Assembly: GCA_963762255.1 (NCBI GenBank) | Contig: CAVXKA010000003.1 | Span: 224,001 to 288,000 of the forward strand | Direction of reading: 5' to 3' | DNA from: Candidatus Eiseniibacteriota bacterium | GTDB lineage: Bacteria > Eisenbacteria > RBG-16-71-46 > JABDJR01 | DNA: 64,000 nucleotides | Part shown: in pieces, positions 55,961 through 64,000 of the stretch | How the letters are laid out: each line of letters starts with the position of its first letter | How positions within the stretch are numbered: position 1 is the first letter of the stretch | Translations under genes and position numbers: made by a program | The notes under the pieces: generated by a model | Seen by the model: only the letters and a program-made list of their open reading frames with translations | The model's database searches: none | Told to the model about the DNA's origin: nothing

Positions 55961-56911
55961 TCAGCCCCGCGCGAACAGCGCGGCGGCGAAGGTGTCGGCC
56001 TCGAACGGAGCGAGATCGTCGATCCCCTCGCCCAGTCCAAGAAACCGCACCGGAATCTGGAGTTGATCGGCGATCGCCACGACCACGCCCCCCTTGGCGG
56101 AACCGTCCACCTTGGTGAGGACGAGGCCGGTGACCTGCACGACTTCGCTGAACTGGCGAGCCTGTTGGATCGCGTTCTGGCCGGTGGTGGCGTCGAGGAC
56201 GAGCAGCACCTCATGAGGGGCGCCCGGGATGCGCTTGCCGATCACGCGGCCGATCTTGCGCAGCTCCTCCATCAGATTCACCTTGGTCTGGAGCCGCCCC
56301 GCGGTGTCGACGAGCACCACGTCGGCGTTGCGAGCCTGGGCCGCCGCCACTGCGTCGTAGGCCACCGAGGCCGGGTCCGCCCCGGACTGGTTCGCCACGA
56401 TCTCCACTCCGGCGCGCTCCGCCCAGATGCGGAGCTGCTCCACCGCGGCGGCCCGGAAGGTGTCGGCTGCTCCCACCACCACGCTCTTCCCTTCGCGCCG
56501 ATAGTGATTCGCGAGCTTGCCGAGTGTGGTCGTCTTGCCGGTGCCGTTCACCCCCACCAGCATCACCACCCAGGGTTTCTCCGTGGAGGGAGCCGGGGGC
56601 GCGCTTTCCCCGGCCTTGAGGATGGCCGCGACTTCCTCCGCGAGGGCTTCCTCCAGCGCGGCGCCGTCGGCGAGGCCCTCCGCGTGCGCCCGCTCGCGAA
56701 GGCGTAAGACCAGCTTCTCCGCCGCCGCCACGCCCACATCACCCGCGATCAGGACCTCTTCCAGCTCCTCGAAGGTCGCGTCGTCGAGGCGAGGCCGCCC
56801 GGTGAGCACCTTGTGGACGTTGTCGGCGAAGGCCTCGCGCGTGCGGCTGAGGCTCTCCTTGAGCTTCGCTCCGGAGAGGCTCTCCTTGAGCTTGTTGAAC
56901 AGCCCGCGCAC
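55961..56911 (-). CDS. ftsY: Signal recognition particle receptor FtsY
   Basis: GVNGTGKTTT, DTFRAAA, DTAGR, DATTGQN, TKVDGSAKGG and GLGE..DDL motifs. Confidence 0.96.
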   Translation of the reverse strand: MRGLFNKLKESLSGAKLKESLSRTREAFADNVHKVLTGRPRLDDATFEELEEVLIAGDVGVAAAEKLVLRLRERAHAEGLADGAALEEALAEEVAAILKAGESAPPAPSTEKPWVVMLVGVNGTGKTTTLGKLANHYRREGKSVVVGAADTFRAAAVEQLRIWAERAGVEIVANQSGADPASVAYDAVAAAQARNADVVLVDTAGRLQTKVNLMEELRKIGRVIGKRIPGAPHEVLLVLDATTGQNAIQQARQFSEVVQVTGLVLTKVDGSAKGGVVVAIADQLQIPVRFLGLGEGIDDLAPFEADTFAAALFARG

Positions 56912-56913
56912 GG

Positions 56914-59900
56914 CTACTGAACGATGACCGACTCGGGGGAGAGCGGCTCCTCGCTCTCGGTGTGTCCCCCGTTGCCGCCGTTGCCGTGACCGTTCCCCTC
57001 GCGCTTGTGAGCGGCGCCGGTGCGGGCCGCAACTTCCTCCGCGCGCAACCCGTCCAGACGCACCGAGACGACGCTCGACACCCCCGGCTTCTGCATGGTC
57101 ACCCCGTAGAGGCAGTCGGAGGCTTCCATCGTCTTCTTGTTGTGCGTGATCACGATGAACTGCGTCCGCTTGGAGAACTCCTTCACCATGGCCACGAAGC
57201 GGTCAATGTTGGCGTCGTCCAGCGGCGCATCCACTTCGTCCAGGATGCAGAACGGCGAAGGCTTCACCAGGTAGATCGCGAAGAGAAGCGCGATCGCGGT
57301 CAGAGCCCTCTCCCCGCTGGAGAGCTGGGCGATGGACTGCGGCCGCTTCCCGCGCGGGCGCGCGGTCACGTCGATGTCGGCCTCCAGCGGATCGTCCCCC
57401 ACCAGGGTCAGCGAGCACTCTCCGCCCTGGAAGAGCACCTGGAAGGTCTTCTGGAAGTTCGCCTGCACGACGGCGAAGGTGTCGGTGAACATCTTGGCCG
57501 CGGTCTTGTTGATCTGCTCGATGGTCTTCAAGAGCGAGTCCTTGGCGCTGAACAGGTCGTCCCGCTGCGTGCTCATGAAGTCGAAACGCTGCTTCTTCTC
57601 CTCGTACTCTTCCACCGCGAGCAGGTTCACCGGACCGATGCGCTTCAGGCGATCGCGCAGGTCGTCGAGACGGACGGACGCATCCTCCGGGATCTCCCCG
57701 ATCTCCAGGCCGTCCAGTCCCTCCGGCGTGATCTCGTAGTCCTGGTAGAGACGCTCTTCGAGGTGGCGCAGATCCCCGCGCAGCTCGCTCAACCGGAGTT
57801 CGGCCGCGTGGACCGTCTCGCGGTGCAGCGCCGCGCGCCGGCGGACCTCGCGGACCGCGTCGGTGTCCTGCTGCTCACGGGCGAACGCGTCGCTGCGCGC
57901 CCGCTCCCGTTCGTTCACCACGCCCTGGCGCTCGTCGCGCTGCCGGTGAAGCCGGTCGATGCGTTCGCCGGTCTCGCCGAGTTCACGCTCGCTCTCCCCG
58001 ACGCGGAGAAGCGCGTCGGCCTCGTCGCGCACCGCGCGCTCGCGCTCGCCGGTCAGGTCCGTGCGCTCCCGATCGAGACGCTCCACCGAGGCATGGGCGT
58101 CACGGAGTTCCGACTCGATCCGCGCCCACACCATCTTCATTTCGTGAACGCCGGTGAGCACGCGTTCGCGTTCGGTCTCCGCTTCGGCCTGCACCGTTTC
58201 CAGTGCGGCCAGCGCACGATCGGCCTCGTCCGCCAGGCGTCCCGTCTCGTCGCGGGTGACCGTCTGGCGTCCCTGTTCGTCACGTAGCGCCGCGTGACCG
58301 TCCGCGAGCCGCCGCTGCTCGTCCTGGAGCCCGGATACCGACTCGCCCGCGTGCCGGAGTTCGAGACCCAGCGCCGCTTCCTCTTTCTCGAGCGACGAGA
58401 GCGCGTGCCGGGCGCCGGCCAGATCCTGGCCCAGCGTCTCCGACTCCCGCTCCCAGGTCTCGCGCTCCTCGCGAAGCGCCTGCTCCCGCCGCGTGAGCGC
58501 GCCGAGGACGCTCATCAGGCCGTCGATTTCGTGGCGACACCGATCGAGCCCCTCCAGACGCTCGACCAGTTCCGCCCCTGCGGGACCGCCTTCGCCGCCG
58601 GCCATCGCCGCGCCATCCACGAGCTGTCCGGCGCGGGTCGCCGCGCGCCGGGCGCGCCCCTCACCCACCACGCGCATCGCCTCGTCGAGGTCATCGACCA
58701 GTGCCAGATCACCGAAGAGATAGCGCACGAGACCGCGATAGGCGGGGTCGGTCTCGATCACTTCCGAGGCCCACACGAGGCCGTCCCCGCGCGCCTCCGG
58801 CGCCGGAACCCGATCGAGTGGAATGAGCGTGGCGTAGCCGAGCGCTTCGTTCTTGAGCCGCCCCACCAGTCGACGCGCGGCGTCCGTGTCGTCCACCACG
58901 ACAACCTGCCAGACCGTGCTCAGCGCAGGCTCCAGCGCGGGGACCCAATCGGCGGGAAGGCGGAGCAGATCGCCCACCGTGCCTCGCACGCCGGGGTCGC
59001 GCCCCTCCGCCAACATGAGCGCACGCACGCCGGGGTCGAAGCCCTCGTAACGCTCGCGCAGTCCCTCCAGGGTCTGCAAGCGCGAGCGCGCGGCCGCGTC
59101 GCTCTGGCGGGCCGCACCCAGCTCCGCGCGCAGTTCCTCCGAGCGCCGCTCCCAATCCTCGTGCCGCGCGTCGAGCGCGCGCCGGGCTTCCTCGAAGGAC
59201 TCCGCACGCCGGCGCGCTGCGGCCACGTTCGCCTTCGCCGCCTCCAGCGCGGCGGCGCTGTCGCGCTCCTGAACGCGCGCGCCGTTCAGACGCGCTTCGA
59301 TCGCGACCAGACGTCCCTCCAGATCCTCCAGCCGCTTGCCCGAAGCCGCCACTTCACCCTCGGCGCGAATGCGCTCGTCGCGGCGGCGCACCGCGACCTG
59401 CTTGGCCTCGGCAACCTGCTCGCGAGCTCCGCGCATGCGGGCGTCGGCGCCGGCGAGGTCGCGTTCCCGCTCCTCCAGCCGTTCGCGCTCGGTCGTCTCG
59501 CGGCCGCCGAGATCCACGAGCCGCGCCGAGACCTCCTCGCGCGCGGCGGCGTTTCGATCCAGCCGGTCGGCGAGGCGCACCTGCAACTCCTGCGATTCCT
59601 TGATGCGATCCCGATAGGCGGCGAGCCGCTCGCGCAGCACCACCGTCCAGTTGTTGGCGCGGCCCAACTCGTCGTCGACCTGGGCGAGAAGCTCGCGGGC
59701 TTCGCTCAAGCTGCGCTCTTCCTCCAGAACCTCCAGGTGCAGTTCCTGGAGCCGCGCCTCCAACTTCGGCCACCTCGGTCTCGCCGCTCTCCGCCTGATG
59801 CAGCGCCTCGGCGTGCCGCGCGCCCAGCCCCGCGATCTCGGTCACCCAGCGCCGCCGCTCCACCTGGGAGTGCGCGAGGTCGATGCCCCGGATCTCCGTC

Positions 59901-60556
59901 ATGAGTTCCTGGTACCGGCGCGCCTTGCCCACCTGCCGGTGCAGGGATCCCACCTGACGCTCGACCTCGGTGATGATGTCGTTGACGCGCAACAGATCGC
60001 GCTCGGTGGCCTCGAGCTTGGTCAAGGCCTCCTTCTTGCGCGTCTTGTACTTCATGATCCCCGCCGCTTCCTCGAAGAGGAACCGGCGGTGGCCGGTCGT
60101 GTCGGAGAGGATGTTGTCGACCATCTGGCGCTCGATCACCGAGTAGGCGTGGCTTCCCATGCCGGTGTCGAGAAAGAGATCCCGCACGTCCTTGAGCCGA
60201 ACCGGCTGCTTGTTGATCGTGTACTCGGAGAGGCCGGAGCGGTACAGGCGGCGGCCCACCGTGACCGTGCCGTACTCGATGGGAAGACGGCCCCGGTCGT
60301 TGTTGAGCGTGAGTTCGACCTCGGCGATGGAGAGCGGCTTCTCGTCGCGGCTGCCGTTGAAGATCACGTCTTCCATCTTGACGCCGCGGAGCTGCTTGGT
60401 GGACTGCTCGCCCAACACCCAGCGGATGGCGTCCACGATGTTGCTCTTGCCGCAACCGTTGGGTCCGATCACGCCGGAGATGCCGCTCCCGAACTCGAGC
60501 GAGACGCGCTGATTGAAGGACTTGAAGCCGAAGAGCGAAAGTTTCTCGACGAACAC
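56914..60556 (-). CDS. smc: Chromosome segregation protein SMC, frameshifted near 59767
   Basis: N-terminal GFKSF and GPNGCGKSNIVDAIRWVLGEQ in one frame; coiled coils, hinge, LSSGE, LDEVDAPLD and ITH in another. Removing one G (GCC-G-AAG-TTG) joins them. Confidence 0.92.
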
Positions 60557-60558
60557 GT

Positions 60559-61998
60559 TCAGGCTCCTAACGCAACGGCCGCGGCCCACGCCTCGCGAAC
60601 GAGGCCTGGGATCAGGCCCTCCTCTTCCACGGCGACGGTCCGGAGATCCAGGAGCACGCGCTCGTCCTGGATGCGGCCCACCAGGGCCGGCCGAACATGT
60701 CGCATGGCCCGCTCGAGGCGGGCCGCAGTAGCGTGCGGTCGCGGGTCGAGCGCGATCACGCTGCTCTTGAGCTTCTGCTCCGGCAGCGTGCCGCCTCCCA
60801 CCGCAGCGTCCGCGTCCTCCACGATCACCCGTGGAGCCGGCTCCGCAAGCTCGATCCGGATGCGCTCGGCCAGAAGGGCTGCGCGCTCCCGGATCCGCTC
60901 CGGCGTCTCGAAGAGCATAGCAAGTACGGGGATCTCCCTCTTCGCGCGCTCGGGAGAAACGTAGGAAACGAGGGTCGCCTGCAGTGCGGCCAGGAGGAGC
61001 TTGTCGATGCGCACCGCGCGGGCGAGAGGATCCGTTCGCAGCCGCGCCACCGCCTCGGCGCGCCCCACCGCGATGCCGGCCTGCGGCCCTCCCAGGAGCT
61101 TGTCCCCGCTGAATGTCACGAGATCGGGTCCCTCCGCCAGCACGTCGCTCACCAACGGCTCCGGGCGAATCCCCGCGCTGCCAACGGCCAGAAGTGCTCC
61201 GCTTCCCAAGTCGACCACCACCGGAATATCGTACGCATGCCCCACCTCCACGAGTTCGTGCAGGCTCACCTCGGCGGTAAACCCCTCGATGCGATAGTTG
61301 CTCGTATGCACCTTGAGCAGAAGGCCCGTCTCCGGACCGATCGCCTGCTCGAAATCCCGCCGGTGCGTTCGGTTGGTCGTCCCCACCTCGCGCAGGCGCG
61401 CCCCGCTCGCCCCAAGGATCTCGGGAATCCGGAACGAACCCCCGATCTCCACCAGCTCGCCCCGGGAGATGACGACTTCCTTCCCCCGGGCGAACGCGGC
61501 AAGACACAACATCACCGCTGCCGCGTTGTTGTTCACCACGACTGCATCCTCGGCCCCGGTGAGCAGCCGCAAGAGCTCGTTCACATGGTCCTGGCGCGAG
61601 CCGCGCCGGCCCAGGTCCAGGTCCATCTCAAGGTCCGAGTACCCTGCGGCGATCTCGGCGAGATGCCGCACGGCGACCGCCGAGAGCGGCGATCTCCCCA
61701 GATTGGTATGGATCAGAACCCCGGTGGCGTTGATCACCCGTTCGGGCCGAAGCGAGGTCAACTCGCGGAAACGACCCCGCACCCGCGCCGCCAGGGACTC
61801 CGGCGTGAGTGCCTCCGGCGACGCCGGGGCCTCACCCGCGACCAGCGCGCGGCGTGCCTCCTCCACCGCCTCGCGCACCAAAACGGCAAGGAGCCGGGGC
61901 GACCCGGGGAGCGGATCCGAACCCAGAACCGCGAGGACGGCATCGACCCCAGGAAGCCACCGAAGTCGTTCCCGGAGCTCAGGTTCCATGACAGTCAT
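60559..61998 (-). CDS. selA: L-seryl-tRNA(Sec) selenium transferase
   Basis: VINATGVLIHTNLGRSPL, VNNNAAAV, SRGELVEIGGSFRIP, HTSNY, DLGSG, SGDKLLGGPQAG and GGGTLP motifs. Confidence 0.95.
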   Translation of the reverse strand: MTVMEPELRERLRWLPGVDAVLAVLGSDPLPGSPRLLAVLVREAVEEARRALVAGEAPASPEALTPESLAARVRGRFRELTSLRPERVINATGVLIHTNLGRSPLSAVAVRHLAEIAAGYSDLEMDLDLGRRGSRQDHVNELLRLLTGAEDAVVVNNNAAAVMLCLAAFARGKEVVISRGELVEIGGSFRIPEILGASGARLREVGTTNRTHRRDFEQAIGPETGLLLKVHTSNYRIEGFTAEVSLHELVEVGHAYDIPVVVDLGSGALLAVGSAGIRPEPLVSDVLAEGPDLVTFSGDKLLGGPQAGIAVGRAEAVARLRTDPLARAVRIDKLLLAALQATLVSYVSPERAKREIPVLAMLFETPERIRERAALLAERIRIELAEPAPRVIVEDADAAVGGGTLPEQKLKSSVIALDPRPHATAARLERAMRHVRPALVGRIQDERVLLDLRTVAVEEEGLIPGLVREAWAAAVALGA

Positions 61999-62000
61999 AA

Positions 62001-62047
62001 ATACCAGATCTGGTAGGCCCGGTCAAAAGGTTTTCCAGATCCTGGGG
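62001..62047. promoter_or_regulatory. Tandem NrdR-box-like operators upstream of selA-smc-ftsY
   Basis: ATACCAGATCTGGTAG (62001; contains the perfect 14-bp palindrome TACCAGATCTGGTA) and TTTCCAGATCCTGGGG (62032), 31 bp apart, flanking a minus-strand TTGACC. Confidence 0.55.
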
Positions 62048-62141
62048 GTCCTGGAGTCGATTTCTATCCCGGCAACCATTGGCCATCCGCCCCCGCCGTC
62101 CGGTATGATGGTTCCACTTACCCCTCGGAGAGGCCGTCGCG

Positions 62142-62816
62142 TTGCCATCCCGAATCGCGGAGCAGAATCGCCTCTACAGGCGACGCATGTCCGTCACCCT
62201 CCCCATCGCGGCGACGTGCCTTCTGCTGACGCTGCTGATCGCTCCCGTCGAGACCGTTCCGCCCGAACGCATCCAATCGCTCGGGGTCCGCGGACCGCTA
62301 AGGGTTCTGCCCGAACTCGATATCGATCCCGATGTGTACACGGACGAGCGACTGACCGCCGCGCCCGTGTCGGTCATGTCCACCGACTTCGTCGCCCTCG
62401 AGTTGAGCTACGTCGCGGAGCCGCTCCACGAGGAGCCGGATGCCGAGCCGCCAGCAGTCGTACCTGAGCGAGAGCAATTGGAAGCGCTCACCATGGACGA
62501 CATCCAGGACGCGGTCCGCACCACCGGACTCCCCCTGCCCGCGGCGAGCGAGCTGGAGGTTCTGCACGTGGAGCGTCCGGTGTATCCGCGGCGAGCCATC
62601 GAGTTGGGCGTGGAGGGAAGGCTGGAGATCGCACTTCTGGTGGACGAGAAGGGCCGAGTCATTTACGCCCGAGCCATCGACCCGGATCGGTATCCTCTTC
62701 TCGAACAGGCTGCCACGGACGCCGCCTACCGTTATCTCTTCAGGCCTTACTTCGTCCGCGGCACCCCCACTTCGTTCTGGGTGCGCATCCCATTCGAGTT
62801 CAGGCTGCTCTCCTGA
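62142..62816 (+). CDS. Energy transducer TonB family protein (start may be ATG 62187)
   Basis: N-terminal TM; C-terminal PVYP..A..LGVEG...LVDEKG.V...F.P...G......IPF.F domain. Confidence 0.8.
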   Translation: MPSRIAEQNRLYRRRMSVTLPIAATCLLLTLLIAPVETVPPERIQSLGVRGPLRVLPELDIDPDVYTDERLTAAPVSVMSTDFVALELSYVAEPLHEEPDAEPPAVVPEREQLEALTMDDIQDAVRTTGLPLPAASELEVLHVERPVYPRRAIELGVEGRLEIALLVDEKGRVIYARAIDPDRYPLLEQAATDAAYRYLFRPYFVRGTPTSFWVRIPFEFRLLS

Positions 62817-62831
62817 ACCGCAGCGGCGGAC

Positions 62832-63338
62832 TCAGATCCCGAATCGCCCGAAGTCCCCCGGATCCATGTCCTCCAGCAATTTCTTGAGCTCGGCTATCTT
62901 TTCTTTCTCGGACTTCTCCGCCGGCCTGGCCGGCGCGCCCGCGGCCTGGCCCGCCCCCAGCACCTCCTCCGCCACGAAGATGGGCGCTTGGGCCCGCAGA
63001 GCCACTGCGATCGAATCGGAGGGGCGGGCATCCACCAGGATCTGCTGGCCGCCGCTCTCCAAGTGGATCTCCGCGAAGAAGGTGTTCTCCTTGAGGGCCG
63101 TGATGGTGATTCCGACCACGCGGGCCTTGAGACTTCTGATCAGCGTCAGCATGAGGTCATGGCTCATCGGGCGCTCGGGCTTCTCATCGGCGAGCACGAT
63201 CCCGATGGACCTTGCCTCCGGCTCCCCGATCCAGATGGGCAGGATCCGCTCGCCTTCCTCCTCCTGGAGGATGACGATAGGGGACTTGGACCGCTCATCC
63301 ATCATGAGACCGCGGACCCGAACCCGGATCAGAGCCAT
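62832..63338 (-). CDS. Bifunctional nuclease family protein (DUF151/BFN)
   Basis: LPIWIG..EA, RPMSHDL, TFFA.I and DARPSDSIA.ALR motifs. Confidence 0.92.
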   Translation of the reverse strand: MALIRVRVRGLMMDERSKSPIVILQEEEGERILPIWIGEPEARSIGIVLADEKPERPMSHDLMLTLIRSLKARVVGITITALKENTFFAEIHLESGGQQILVDARPSDSIAVALRAQAPIFVAEEVLGAGQAAGAPARPAEKSEKEKIAELKKLLEDMDPGDFGRFGI

Positions 63339-63359
63339 GGTTCCCCCCTCGCCGGCCGA

Positions 63360-64000
63360 CTATCGGGACGCCTTGGCGCGAACCTCATCCGGTGTGCCCA
63401 GAGTCGCCGGGTCGTCGTCGAGATGGTTCAGCAGATAGTCAGCCGACTTGCGCCATTCGGAGTCGCCGAATTTGCTCTGCATGCGCATGAGCGCTTTACG
63501 CGCGGCCGGCTTATTGCCCATTTTGACGAGCTGAGTATAGCCGATCATGAATTGCGCCCGACCCGCATGCTCACACTCCGAGAAATCAGCGGCCACGCGG
63601 CGGAAGAGTTCGATCTTCGTGATGTCTTCCCCGGCCTCGTCGGCCAATTGCATCAGACGTTCGCAGTTGTTGGGAATGCCGGTGAACGTCTCGAAGTTAT
63701 CGGTATCGTACTCCACCCCCACCTTGTCCCGCGCCTCGTTCAGAGCCTCGTTGTAGACGAGTCCGAAGCGCTGCCGGATCATCGGCTCGGCAATCTTGTC
63801 GTAGACCTGGTCCAAGGGAAGCAAGTCCCCGCCTTCCCGCTTCTCCACCCGGACCACGTGCCATCCCTTCTGGGTCTGCACGATGTCGACGTCGCCCTGG
63901 CGCATGCTCAACACCTTCTCGGCGAACATCTCGTTGCGACCCAACCCGGGGATCTCGGAGTTCTCCTGGACGTATCCCAGCGCGCCGCCGAGGTCCCGGG
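63360..64000 (-). CDS. PpiC-type peptidyl-prolyl isomerase with a C-terminal TPR-like region (5'-partial)
   Basis: GGALGYV...GDVD.VQTQKGWHVVRV parvulin tail; AQFMIGY...KFGDSEW TPR-like helices; frame open to the window edge. Confidence 0.75.
   Translation of the reverse strand, partial: RDLGGALGYVQENSEIPGLGRNEMFAEKVLSMRQGDVDIVQTQKGWHVVRVEKREGGDLLPLDQVYDKIAEPMIRQRFGLVYNEALNEARDKVGVEYDTDNFETFTGIPNNCERLMQLADEAGEDITKIELFRRVAADFSECEHAGRAQFMIGYTQLVKMGNKPAARKALMRMQSKFGDSEWRKSADYLLNHLDDDPATLGTPDEVRAKASR

Noticed and set aside
1-64000. Selenoproteins, tRNA-Sec, other tRNA/rRNA, prophage, IS elements or defence systems
   Set aside because: By eye I found no in-frame TGA at a Cys position in conserved genes, no cloverleaf or rRNA sequence, and no integrase, transposase, phage or nuclease-defence motifs. 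A covariance-model scan was not possible.

Overview
This is a high-GC, densely coding bacterial chromosome segment with about 55 CDS. I found no rRNA, tRNA, CRISPR array, integrase or transposase. Secreted proteins with C-terminal FlgD-Ig/T9SS-like sorting domains and a Bacteroidota/Chlorobi-type alternative GlmU suggest an FCB-related diderm such as Ca. Eisenbacteria or Krumholzibacteriota (inference). Most genes are housekeeping: rarA, uvrA, exbBD, two CNNM transporters, a SurA/PpiD chaperone, folB-folK-dNK-panB-panC, a panE-like gene, ETF-QO, rpiA, rlmD, coaX, tatC, nrdR, pilT, ftsY, smc, selA and tonB. The most notable features are: (1) a sigma54 circuit in which a PAS histidine kinase and an NtrC-type activator precede tandem TGTC-N9-GAC[AG] enhancer-like sites, an IHF-like site and a -24/-12 promoter that drives a stand-alone receiver and a 62-aa, 53%-lysine histone-H1-like protein, just upstream of uvrA-rarA; (2) tandem NrdR-box-like operators 31 bp apart in front of both nrdR and selA-smc-ftsY; (3) an MshEN-domain PilB-like pseudo-ATPase coupled to pilT; (4) a secreted heptaheme cytochrome c with a sorting domain; (5) a lower-GC carbamoyltransferase/SxtJ/DUF5989/SGNH cassette ending in a decayed DUF2304 remnant; and (6) GlmU functions apparently split between two genes. 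Two single-base frameshifts (histidine kinase and smc) are probably sequencing errors. All product calls come from motif recognition, not database searches.
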